A program made the position numbers and the translations under genes. A model generated the notes under the pieces. That model was not told the DNA's origin. It saw only the letters and a program-made list of their open reading frames with translations, and did not search any database. A stretch of DNA of 58,133 bases from Catajapyx aquilonaris. Lineage: Eukaryota. The DNA is taken from assembly GCA_000934665.2 (NCBI GenBank), contig KZ538118.1, forward strand, positions 62,001-120,133, read 5' to 3'. Of the stretch, positions 13,401 through 25,635 are shown piece after piece (within the stretch, counting starts at the first letter, position 1; every line of letters begins with the position of its first letter).

Positions 13401-16400
13401 CCATCCGATTGAAAATCCAGGTTTTACAGGCTTATTTATCGTTGTTCATCATCAGTCGCATGTGTATTTAGCGGTAATCAGTCAGTGCAGGCCTGAATAA
13501 TTTCAAACAATCGGTCTCCCTCCCCCCCTCCCGTCAGCACACGTGGCAAATCACACGTGTGGTCTCACTATATTGCGCCTAATTGTTAGGGTCGATTATC
13601 AGTGCACCATGGCGTCACTTGCTAAGCCACAGATAGAGGTGTACATCTGCGCAGGTTTTAAATGGTGTGATGGAAACCAATTAATATTTAATTGATTGTA
13701 ACTGATCGAAATTGGTCAGCACACTTCTGTAAATTCGTTACGTATTTTTTTCTGCCAAATAAATTAATTTTCTTACCTCAATTCCTGCACTCACTCAAGT
13801 GTAAACTTATCATTTAGCTATGAACTAATTAGGAGTGAAACTACACACATTTTAGATGATCACGTTGCCAAGGCTGACGGCCATTTTGAAACGGGGGCAA
13901 CGCCAACGAGGTATACATAGAGTACAGGCAGGCCGTAAAGGTCCGCCATCTTTGATGGTTTTGACATCTGTCTGTGTGCTAATTACTTTGTTGACGTTCT
14001 CTCAAGATTGAGGATCATCAAGCATCAGAATTCACAACAAATTACTGTTCAGAATTATCCAAGTGAGGGACACGTGGCTATTGAATCCATTCAACTGTGT
14101 GCGTGGGGTGTGCTAAATGCTCGAAGCATGATATAAGCGCAACAAAGAGTGGCTAAATTTTTTCCTTCCCTCTTGTAATCCATTTGCATATCAAGGACAT
14201 TGCAAAACTATCCTGGAAGGATTTTCCCAGCCCTTTCCATGTATGTGCCACCTTCATTACGGACCACTGACATCAATAATTCACCGCTAGTAATTTCCCA
14301 TGGCATATCCTCTTCGAACTTGTTGGGCATGCAAATAGGATGTTTGCAAATGAAAAGGTCTGGTGCTTTTAAAATTCACTGTACTTTGTACCATTCGTAA
14401 AATATTGCACTTAATGTTCAGTTTCATAGTTTGGCTTTTTAAGCAGGTGTTTCATCCAAGAAAAATAGTACATTAAAGTGATTGTTGCAGCTGAAATAAA
14501 TTTTTGTTTTTTTCTTCTAAAATTTGCTAAAACTGTGTTACAACCAAACAATGTTGTATACATGGAATTATACAATTTTTTACGAGCAATTTTAAAGGAA
14601 TAACAATGCGTTTGGATGTGAGACACTCTCATCCGTAGGCATCACATTGCGAGAACACCAAATGTTACAAAGCGCAGAGGTGACAGCCGACAAGCCCCCC
14701 GAATGTCCCATCGTAAAATTCCTAATGTCACTTTCATAACACCGGATTTAGGAACGGGGACGAGTCCGGAGAACCTACATAGTAAAAATGAGAAAATAAT
14801 AGCGCTCTTAAAACTGGCTATATACTAGCAGCACGTGTAGCATTGTAATAATCATATGTGCAAATTGCTTTTCTCATGTCCACACATTTTGACCTTTGAA
14901 TAATTCAGACACTATAAATTAGCAGATATCATTTAGCAACAAAATTCATGGAATTTTAGCTCAATTTACTGAATTAGATTATTTTCATTCAATTTCATGT
15001 GAGTGCTACAATTAATAAGCAAATGACAAAAAAGGCGACGTCAGTCCGAACTCTCCAATAAATCGGTGCAATGCATCTCTCTTCAGGTAAACATCATGAC
15101 CTAGTTACCGATTGAGAATACATTTGTCACGAAAGCAATCAAAGACCCAGAAAAATCTTCCTTCCGAACTTTCCATCAACTTTGTAAAACTTTGCGTCAA
15201 CAAAAGGCACTACCCCCCCCCTCCCCCCCCAAAGGAAATGTCCTCAATCGATCAAAGTTCCAAGCAAGTAAGTAGCCTCCTCCCAATTAATCAACCTTCC
15301 TTACACCTTACACGTCCCATTAAAACTTCCGCTAGCCGTTAGCAGAACTTAAGAAAACGTCATCTAAAATCCCCCCCTCCCAAAAATATATTGTGGATAA
15401 CTAGAAAAGAGCAACCACAAACTCCGCAATGAAGATTTTCCTGGATTCCATTGTTGACCTCGTCATAAATCATGGTCTGGTTCTAAATATGGGGCGTACA
15501 GGTGCAACTAATGGATGTTTCAGGAAGGTGATAAATCACTCCCTTTTTCTCACCCTATACTTGGCTGCATCCAATCCCAAATTTCTCCCAAAGTCTCATT
15601 TGTCCCTTCTCGAAAAGACAGAACTCTTCCCTCGGGTTACTAACAGAACTTCTCTTTTTTTTCAACCATTAAATCGCATCAATCTCCACCATTTGGGCTT
15701 AATCTCCTCACCAAAATGAGGTCTTAATATACATGTTCTGATATGACACGGTTCAAATTTTTTGAAAGCGGGCCATGCTTTTATTTTGGAGGTAAAAATT
15801 AGGGATTTGGTACCTGCCAGGGTGGATTGTGGGATTACTCTCCTGGGGGGCTTAATGTATGCTGTCTCGATGTTTTGATTAGCTGGACTAAAGGCTGAGA
15901 TTACTTGGTTGAGGGCCATTCAAGCCCTGGATGCGGACATGGAGGATTCTTGAATATGCTAACGTTACTTTAGATGTTAAAAAACAAGGTTCAATCGATA
16001 TGGTAGCGGAAGGGGGGGAAAATAGTCAAGGACGAAGTTCATCCTGACGTATCGCTAACCAGGCACACACGCCTGATGGGAATTTGCATAATAGCAAGGG
16101 GCTTAGCACACTATATATAATCATCGACAAATAAAAATTAGTTAAAATAAAAATAAATCGTACTAATAAAATCAGCAAAATAACTAAAACATGACAACAG
16201 TAATAAATATGCAACAATTAAGAGTAGGCGTGTATTTAATTGTAATTAAAATATGAGATCGACATTCATATTTAATTTAAAAAATGGCTGAATATCGTGT
16301 ATGTAGAAATGTGTGGAAATATTCAGATATGTAATTGGAAAAATGAGCGGAAATTGTGGTTAGAAAATTTGAAATTTGCCCCCGATGTAAATTGACTGAG

Positions 16401-19400
16401 AGTGTTTCGGTATGAAAAAAATTGTGCCAAATGGTGGTCAATTATTTTCCAGTCCCCCCCTCTCCCCATGCAATTGCACAATGAATGGCTGCATTTTACA
16501 AACTCCGGCTCTTTAGTTTTTTGCTGATTATCGAATAGTAAGCCGCAAACTAGAAAAGGAGCCAGAGGTTAAACCAGTCGAGGGCAAATTGCGCATTTTG
16601 AAATTACTGCAACGTCCTGCGCTTTGTAATAGTTTCCGAAAAAAAATAATTAAACCGCAATTTTTATTGAGGGGCGCTACCAGAACGAGCTATTAGCACG
16701 ATTTCGCCCCACCCTGTAATTATTAATCATCCCATAATTTATTTGCTCCAGCTCATTCCGGCAGTCTGTCGGACAAGCTGCAATAAACGTGCGCAAATTT
16801 AATAACTACGTCGCCAACATACGGCCATTTTGGTTCCCAGAAACTTCGGAACAAATTAGCGACCTCTTCAGGAATTTTTGTAGCAAATATGGAGTGTTTG
16901 CACAGCTTTTTGCATCGATTGTTGTATAGGTGGAATGTTTTATCCAACGGACTCATAAAATCAGTTGGATGCGAAACGTGTAAAAGTGACATCTCATTTG
17001 GAGGTAAAAGGATGCCCAAATGCACAATTATAAATTATAATAATGTGCTCTCCCTGAGCAAAAATTACATTGTAAATATTTAAAATCATAATCAGTACTT
17101 CAAAGGAGCAGTGGCATAATTTTCATAATTCACAGTGACACCATTATCTAGGCTCATTATGCCGTTTCATATTTTGCTTTTAGCAGCAGTTCTAATGTTA
17201 CGCACAATAATTCTGCTCGGAATTGGTAACCACGACTTACTCACAAATTCAGTCCACTCTAATGCACAGCTTGGAGGGAAAACCACCTCATTGCAGGTTG
17301 TTTTTTTCCCCAGCCCAGAATATACTGATAAGTGCCTCCCAGTTCCAGGCCAAAATAAGGGCAAAGGGGAATAGTAAATGCTCCTGGATTAAATCCTGGG
17401 TTTCTCCAGGGAACTCGCTTGCTCTCTGATAACACCCCACAATTTTATTTTCCAAGGTCTTCGGCGAGTGGATGCTGGGTAACGTGGCGTGCAAAGTGAT
17501 CGTCTACACTCAGATAGTCACCTTGGGCTCAACCACCTTCCTTCTGATGGCCATGAGCTGGGATCGCTACCAGGCCATTTGCAGGCCTCTCCAGTTCAAC
17601 TCCAGCACAGCCCCTGCCAGGAAAATTATTCTGGGAGCCTGGTTGGCCGCCTTCGTCACTGCCGTCCCATACCTGTTTATTTTTGTCCAGGTAAAGTATT
17701 GGGAAACTTACAAGCTTGATGTGGCTATCAGGTATGTGCTGAAGAGCAGCGAACCACTTTCCGAAGTATAGTGAGCATGCTTTCTGATAATCAGTCTAGT
17801 AGTTACCATCTCAGAAGGTAATTATTATTAAGCAGAATGATGCAAAAACAGAATACATTTTAAAAGTTTTAGTTTGAAATGAAGTTGAGACAATTTACCA
17901 GAAATCCTGCTAATGACCTTTGAGTCCTGATTAATTGTGAAGGTACAAAGAGCGCAGACGGCTGGCAACAGGTGCACGAGTCAAATTAGATAGAGTTAAG
18001 AACTTTCATTATAATCTGCGCCTATTAATTAACGTACAGTGCAGGCATAATAGGGATATGGCTTTTCAGGCATATTTATTTGCAGAATATTTCATAGTGT
18101 TAGTTTCATAGTAATTGAGCCGCAATGTAACAGATAACTTCGCTAATTATATTACGCAATGGCACTAAGTAATCAGATTAGGTACGGTATGTCTTTGTAA
18201 CATGATGCCCCTCATATTATCCACGTGACGCAGTTTACAATATTGAATTATCGTAACTTGATCATCGCACAGAGAGATTTACTAAGTTATGCGTCCTATT
18301 AAACGGATCACAGGCCTTTCGATCAAAATTCGCAGTGGGGGAATAAAATTGTCAGATTAGATAAACTGTAACTAGCTCCAGCGAGTCTGCCAATTTAATA
18401 ATTCGCATCTGTTGAATCAATATTTTCGTCGCTTATTAATATTAGATCGCAAATAACCGAATGCAGTAGTTGGCGATTCTTGGAAGTTCTGTTCACATAT
18501 TACTATTGGTCTAGAGCTGTTTCTCCCCAGCAACAGGAAGAGTTGTATATCCCTCCATCTGGAGAAGTTATTAACGGCATCGGCTCTTCCGCAAAGTCCT
18601 TAAATGAATCATTTCATTTCTCTTCCATTCGATGAAAAAAGTGTGATCGATATACGTACAGTATAGCCTCATCCAAGTCGTTAAGACCTAGTGCTTGATA
18701 TTTCTAGTCACGTTATTGGATGAAAAGCTTTAATCCATTTGTGTCTATTCCACTTGTCTCATTTTTTTTAAACTCACTCTAAACGATTTAATTCACAATT
18801 ATATTGAAATAGTGCGAATTTAACCAACAGCTACTACCAATATTACGTCAAAAAAATTCGATCATACTGCACTTTATCTAGGTTAATATTTAACCAGCCA
18901 GTTACTTCACCACTTTCGTGCCATAGAAGCCATCTCCCATGTGTATGTTTTTTTTCTGGCCAATTCCAGGTCCTCCAAGGATACCATCCTGATGGTCGAC
19001 CAGTGTACGCGTGCAAATCCCGTGGCTACACGAGCGAGTGGCAACGAAAAGTAAACTTCGTCTGGCTCACCTCCTACGTGCTGGTTTTTCCAGCCTTCCT
19101 TATCTCCTTCTGCTACATCAGCGTGGCCCGCGTTGTTTGGAGGCAAGGAAACTACCAGAAATGCCATTCCAGAGGTAACAAATTTCCGCCATTTTATTGG
19201 CGCATTTGACATCTTAAGACCACCCCACCCCCCTTCAAAAAAAAAAAACTGTTCCTTTTTCGATAGATGGCTGCAGTACCACGTTGCGGAAAACATGCGA
19301 TCAAACATCCATACCAAGGGCCAAGATCAAAACCATCAAGATGTCATTGTGCATCATATTGACCTTTGTGGTGTGTTGGACCCCGTACTTTGTGGTGCAC

Positions 19401-22400
19401 AATCTTCGTGTATTTACCGACTACAAGCTCACGGTAATTGCATTTTTTTAAAATACTAATTATATGGATAGTTCTTCCTCCCGTCCACCAGAGGCGCTGC
19501 ATCCACCCACTGCGCACACGCAGAATTGACGATTTTAAAAATATGTGCTAATTACTCATTCATTTCAGATTCCGGCTCCAGTGAAGGTTCTGGTTGAAAC
19601 CTTGGCTCTATTCAACAGTGCCATCAATCCAATCATTTACGGATGCTTCAACCTCCGTGTCCGACAAGGTCTGAAAGAAGCCTGCTGCTCCAGGATTTAC
19701 ACTGGGTATGACACTATCACTTTAGCCAAATTGATTACTTGGTTAATTGCCCCCTCAAACCATGCAGGTGATTAACAACACTTCTTACTGAAAGTCTCTA
19801 TAGGGAGACATTTAGTTCGTTGAAATGAGTGAGTCCATCTCGTCACGATGTTGCTCCCATTTGGGGGATAACGAGAAAACCCAGCGTCATACTTCAATCT
19901 GGTTTCAGAACCGAGTCACGCTTCTTATTACTTAGCCCGATACGTGACTGGCAGCTTCGCCTTTATTTCAGCCAATTACACCAAGAATTTTGGGAGGCTT
20001 TTATTAACTACTTCCAACACCTTCGGGCGTGTAATTTAATTAAGATGTAATTTATTCGTATTATGTTGGAGCAATATGGCTGGTTTCTTCAGTAATTTTG
20101 TGTTTGAATGTAACCATGCAGGTCACATCAATTGTATGGATTTTTATTCCGTGGCGTCATATACAGCACAAAAGGTCGCAGCACCTCAAAGGAATTTCTA
20201 TTATTTACCTGCAGCTAAAACGAGGGGACTGAATAGCGTGGGGTATTGGCTGTGTCACCTTCACCTAGAAATCCGATATCCTGTTCCAGGGGGCGCAAAG
20301 GGTGTTATTAGAAAGGAAAAGGGTGTGGAACCCTCCACCTATATGCTTGGTGGAAAAAAGGAAGGAACGAGAAGAAAGAGAAATCCTGTGACAATCCTGA
20401 CAGCCTTCCCCCTTCATCTTATTCAACTCCGGACATTTCGAAAAGCTATTTTTTTTGAGACGCTGCAAAAACACTAGGCTTTGGTTTCCAGATAAATTAA
20501 GTGGGCAACATAGCAGGTAATGCAACACACAGCAATTAATTAAAAGGCGCTCAGAATAGCCCAGGGCTTTCACCTGGACTGTGCTGTCACATGGAAGTAA
20601 AATCCAAATTTACAATATGGGGGAACCCGATATTACAGCCTGATGTTGACTGTTGGTAATGAAGAGTTGTTATTCCAGGGCGATGAGGTGTGGGATGATG
20701 CTCTGGGGCAAGGTCATTACATCGCTAGAAATAACGGGGCAACATGTACGGAGGTAATGAGCCCTTTTGTGTCCGCATTAATTACGGTCAGTGTAAGACT
20801 TGGGTGCATTTTCATGATTACTTTGCGATTTCCATCACTTATAGTACTATAGATCATAGTTCAAGTTCTGAACAATTTGCTGTACAGTGCTACCTGAACA
20901 TCAGAATACAAAGAGCTGACATTTACGACAATAATGTGATTCCACTTGGTTCAAAGCTGCTAAGAATTTGAAGTAGGCCTGTAACACGGGATTACAGTAT
21001 TATGCGAATACCCTTTGCGAAAATGGCCATTCTTCTTTTTTGTCGCATCTGGAATGCCGAACCTTCGCTTTCAAAGAACGAGGCCCTGGCGACACAACCG
21101 AACTCAGGAGATTACGAGGCATTATTCTTACCAATTTCACCGGTTCTACAGTAGAAGTTAGTAAAAAAAATAGCAATCTTCCTTCGACTTGATATAAATC
21201 TATTCAAAGGCAAAAGATTCGTATCAGCTGGTGTATATATCTCGATAAAAGTTTGATTCACTTCCATGGGGCGTAACGATCACATTATTATTTTTTTGTC
21301 TGAAACTCAAACGACTTTGGTCGATGATAAATTAGGCTATGATTCAAAAATATGTGGGAACAGACAGGATCTGGACTCAATAGACTTTAAAACTTTAGTC
21401 CAATAGATAGATGGTGCCAAACTTAATTTCGAGCTATTTATACAGAAAGTTGGAGAAGTTTAAACTTGTGGACTACACCGTTGTATTATTAAGGCTGTAA
21501 ATAAGCAAACCCTGCTTTTTAGGAATACTCTGCACATTTCGCATTATTTTTTGCGAATTGTTTGCGTGCTAAATTTTAATCAATCCGGCCGCGGAGTCTG
21601 GCGAATTTTTTAAAGCAAACAGCAGTATCCGTGCTCACAACAGGTGGTATGCCACTAAAATTAATTACATTCTGACACACCCATTATGATGGCCAAAAAA
21701 AATATTTAGCATAGTATACCTCAGCAAATTTTTGCAATGATGTAACTGTTGGGAGTATAAAGAGAGCGTGGGATGGCCTGATGTGAAATACGTGCAGAGT
21801 ACCAACTTCCATGCGAAATTCCGCTCTTCTCGATGCAATTTTCTGGTTGGAGATGCCTTTGTGATCTGAATTTACAATGAAGGCCAGCATGACTTTCCAG
21901 GATCAGGAAAAGAAAACCAGCATATAAAAGCCGATACTGTCATATTTTTGTCCCTGGATTTTTATTTTCAGTATCGAATATTTTTGCGAGGATAGGTCTT
22001 TTACTATGTATAGAAAAGATTCGGTTGGATTTACTTTTTATGTCCAAAAAATAACATTGTTGGAATATTTCATTGTGAAACACCCTGTACACTGTACACA
22101 GCATGTTTTAACCGCACAATTATACATGCATTGCTGCATAGACGTAATAGCCCGCAAAATGAAATATGAGACACATCAACACTGACATGGAAAATTGTGT
22201 CAACTTTCTAATTACATTGTTATTGGCATTACTTGTGATGACGGATCACCCCCGAAGCGTAAATACCAACACTGCTCTATAAATCGCGATTTCGCTTATA
22301 TGAAATGGCAGCAGTCAATTAAATCATCTAATCGGAATGAAATCCAAACAACATAATTTTTCCTCCCAAATCTTCGATCAATCAGCATTTTTTTTCACTT

Positions 22401-23443
22401 CACTTTCCGCCAATCACACCAAATTGCTTTCAGGACTTCCTTGTTGACAGAACCGGTCCTTTGATTTAAGGAATCGAATTACTTGAAAAGATGTTCCCAG
22501 ATCCCATTTTGGACCCATCTGATTTTCAAGGGCTTCGAAAGACGTGAAGTGGATCAAGATCTCGCCCAGATCTCTCCGAATGCCTCTTTGAATAGTAATG
22601 TCTTTTGATCGATCATCGCCCACTTATAAGACGCGAAATTTTGCACGACCTGGTAATGTCTCGCAAAAAGAAACTTCCCCCCCCCCCCTCCCTTTGTTCT
22701 TACACCCACAAAGGAATTGTTAGCAACAAACTCTATTATTTTAACCCCTTTGATCTCAGCTCGCGGAAGCAGATTTTTTTGTTGCAACAATGCACCCCGA
22801 ATATTGTTAGAGTGATCACCTAAACCCTGTTTTCCTGTAGGCTACGAAATCTGGTGTCTGAAGAAGGAGACCGTTCCTCCAGGAGAGCTCAGGATCAAGC
22901 CATTTTTTCCAGCAACAATGCTCACGTAACCAATAACTGTGAGTCACTTTCAGTGTCAGTGGTTGGTGACCGTTTTGTCACACAGTGGTTGTCCTGTATT
23001 GTTGCAACTGTGTTTTTGGCTCCCCCTTTCGGTGTCATCCGGACATTGTTATCTTTCCTTGCACACTATTAATAAAAAAAGCATCACATGCATTTTATGG
23101 ATCATAACAACCGCGCCCGGTTTACAACCCGATTTTTGCCAGTAAATGAACAATGTCAGTTTGCTAATCAAACTGTTTAATTTCCAGGAGCAACCACTCC
23201 GAATTCGACTCCAGTTCGACCATGACGGTGTACACAAGGCAGCAAATGCTTTCTGTGCGGTGCAGGTCCCCTAGGCACCAGGACACCACTGCAGGTTGCC
23301 ATAGAACTCTTTCCTTCAACCCACAAACGAGCAACAGTCAGCATTACGGAAACCGCTTCAGGTCGTTCCGCAACGGAGCCCTGGACTCTACTTCCACTTT
23401 TCACCATCCGCATTCGCCTCAGACTAATTGCTCGCAAGTTTAA
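7113..23443 (+). CDS. Class A neuropeptide GPCR, vasopressin/GnRH/CCAP-receptor superfamily (whole gene; C-terminal exons uncertain)
   Basis: Core join(7113..7433,17457..17690,18970..19174,19267..19433,19569..19705) has all GT-AG introns with compatible phases. Seven TM segments with hallmark motifs: GN (TM1), HLAIGDL (TM2), WMLGNVACK, SWDRYQAICRPL (DRY), IPRAKIKTIKM, CWTPYF (TM6), NSAINPIIY (NPxxY). Joining 19705 to 23188..23443 gives 439 aa. Confidence 0.9.
8512..10284. mobile_element. 1.77 kb non-autonomous foldback/long-TIR element in GPCR intron 1
   Basis: 8512-8975 is the reverse complement of 9820-10284 with only a few mismatches, around an 844 bp spacer. The ORF track shows matching peptides on opposite strands (8605..8793- vs 9987..10226+). 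The ends can be read as TA|CGTCATATT...AATATGACG|TA. No transposase recognised. Confidence 0.85.
17457..17690 (+). CDS. GPCR coding exon 2 (ECL1, TM3 with DRY, TM4)
   Basis: ttttccaAG|GTCTTCGGC, VFGEWMLGNVACK...PYLFIFVQ, donor GTAAAG; 234 nt, phase 0-0. Confidence 0.92.
18970..19174 (+). CDS. GPCR coding exon 3 (ECL2, TM5)
   Basis: aattccAG|GTCCTC, VLQGYHPDGRPVYACKSRGYTSEWQRKVNFVWLTSYVLVFPAFLISFCY...CHSR, donor GTAACA (phase 1). Confidence 0.9.
19267..19433 (+). CDS. GPCR coding exon 4 (ICL3, TM6)
   Basis: tttttcgatAG|ATGGC, DGCSTTLRKTCDQTSIPRAKIKTIKMSLCIILTFVVCWTPYFVVHNLRVFTDYKLT, donor GTAATT. This frame is not in the ORF track. Confidence 0.9.
19569..19705 (+). CDS. GPCR coding exon 5 (TM7, helix 8)
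   Basis: catttcAG|ATTCCG, IPAPVKVLVETLALFNSAINPIIYGCFNLRVRQGLKEACCSRIYT, donor GTATGA (phase 2). The CC pair is a typical palmitoylation site. Confidence 0.9.
20679..20753 (+). CDS. Candidate 75 nt cassette exon of the GPCR tail
   Basis: tattccAG acceptor and GAG|GTAATG donor. Length is divisible by 3 and the frame is open in the incoming phase 2 (AMRCGMMLWGKVITSLEITGQHVR). No homology support. Confidence 0.4.
22841..22938 (+). CDS. Candidate GPCR tail exon
   Basis: Strong acceptor ctgttttcctgtAG and donor GTGAGT. Open in phase 2: LRNLVSEEGDRSSRRAQDQAIFSSNNAHVTNN. Confidence 0.55.
23188..23443 (+). CDS. Candidate terminal GPCR exon (Ser/Thr-rich tail)
   Basis: Acceptor tttaatttccAG. Open in phase 2: SNHSEFDSSSTMTVYTRQQ...TNCSQV*. 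Ser/Thr-rich composition typical of GPCR tails. Confidence 0.55.
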
Positions 23444-25441
23444 ACCCATATTGGTTAGTGGAAGACCAACAAGAAGTGAAGCCCATGAGTAATGACAAGT
23501 TCCATATCAATAGATCAAGCCAGAGTGACATATTTTGTACCAATATTACTTTTAATAATGATGAACATGGTCGTGTGGAATGGTTTAGTTGAAAATGTTA
23601 AAATCTGGACACATGTCATGGGTAGCGTGTAAGCCAAAGTGATATCCGAATTCTCTAAAAAAATAACAGGTGGAAAATGAGCGTAATTATATATTCCACA
23701 CAATTTGCGCAAGTGATAACCAAATTCACAAGAAAAAAAAACTGAGGCTTCTATTTCCATCTAGTTTCATTTCTCTTCGTCGTTGTTGTACACTAAGACT
23801 CTCATAGAAATATGTCGAAGCTTCTTTGCTCACGACTTTCTATATACATGTACTATCGGTCCATTCCATTAACAATTGCTCAATGCGCATCATTCACGTA
23901 CTTTAACTTGTCAGATATTGTCACTCACTGGATTGTTTTAAGTCAACCAAATTAAGGTTAAAGTCAGACCAAATATTCGCACATGATAGTATTTTTCTGG
24001 AAATCAGCTTTGATAAACTACAGCTGTAGTTTTACTTATTATCCAATACAACGCAATTTCAGGACCAGAAAAACTAATAATTATTTTTTATCTGTCGTAT
24101 TCCATTGTACAATGCAGTACTTTAGCAGTATAACTTGTAGTCGTGTCCAGCTCCCAAAAGGCAGCACAAAAAGACAGGGTCAGCAGATATACGTTTGTGG
24201 TATTTTTTCACAACCTTTAAACGAATGCGTGCCGTGCAGTCAGCTCAACATGTGTTCGAAACGTGTCCGAGTTTCCAGATCTATTGTCCTATTTCTCACC
24301 CAAATCTAATCCCAAGTCTAGTAATTCTATCAACCTGTATACGTGCCACCAGATCCGGTTGCAAAAGGGCTAGAAATCGACTTTAACTTTTTTCCAGCAG
24401 GGTAATTCGGATATTAAAATGTGCCAATCCACACTAGTTGTTCACTCCAGCAATGGGTTGATAGGATGAACAACCGCATAATATTTGGCAAGTGCACCAA
24501 CTCTGGGCTTAAATAACAGTGATCCAGGCTGGATGTAATTTGGGACTATTGAGTTGGTAGATTCGGCGACGATTTATGGCCCATCGTCTCAGCTGGATGA
24601 GAAACTGGGCGATATTGCTTCGGGTTTTCGAGTAATTTATGCGCGGGCTCGCACAGGTCATAAAAATGTAACTGTTTTCCTTGCTTAAAAAAATTGTTTG
24701 GGTAGAAATCGAGCTAGATATATTGTGAGCGTGATTCAGCGGAGTAAAATTGTGTGTTCAGTTTTCACTGTATTATGTTTCAATAAAATGATGACCAATG
24801 ATCAAATAAACATTATTTTGGATAATGAGACTTCAGTTATTTTTAACCGGTGCTTTTGTACCATTAAAACAGCGTAATGTGACCACCAGTCACCACTGTA
24901 CTGCTACTTACATAGGTGCTTCCTGCAGTAAACACAGCAATGATCCAAAGGACATGCTGTGGAAGAATCCGACACCAATATCTGATAACAATTCCGAAAC
25001 CCAAAGAGGTATATTACCCGATTCCCACAAACTGCAAGTATACTGCTTCCAATAACCAATCTAGTGTCCAGTGTCACGAGAATATAGACCGCAGCTTTTG
25101 GCGATCTGTTTAGCAAAATTAGATTAGATTAGAGACCACGAATGGAGAGATCTGAGGTTTTTTTCCCCGGCGTATTTTATCGTCTCGGAGTGCTCGGTTG
25201 TTTCCTGTATACATTTTACTGCCACTTCCTGACCACAGCCAAGTTTGTAATAGTTGGTAGTTACAAAGTAGCAGCCTTACAGGAAACAATCGATCTCGAG
25301 TTGGAGCTTCCAGACTGCAAAAACATACGTCCGAATACACAAGTTAGCCAATATATCTGTCTGTACCCAGACAGATGCTATACAGATAATGTGTTTGCCA
25401 ACTTGGTCTCACTTATGTTTTTTTAAATGTTTCCTTCCTAG

Positions 25442-25511
25442 AGTGTCTGGCTGAACCTGACTTCAAATCTATTGCATAGTAGAAACGTCTATTTCAGTCA
25501 ATTACATGCAG
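25442..25511 (+). other. Possible non-coding 5' UTR exon of the fucosyltransferase
   Basis: Acceptor tttccttcctAG (25440-25441) and donor CAG|GTATTG just upstream of the ATG exon. Splice signals are the only support. Confidence 0.3.
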
Positions 25512-25635
25512 GTATTGTATTGCTCAACACTCTCTTTACAAGAAGTTATCAGACAGAAGTGCATCACACGAACACAATAGACTAATCATAGAACAGTCTA
25601 CGTCAGGCAGCGCTGCGTCACCAGGTCATTTTACG

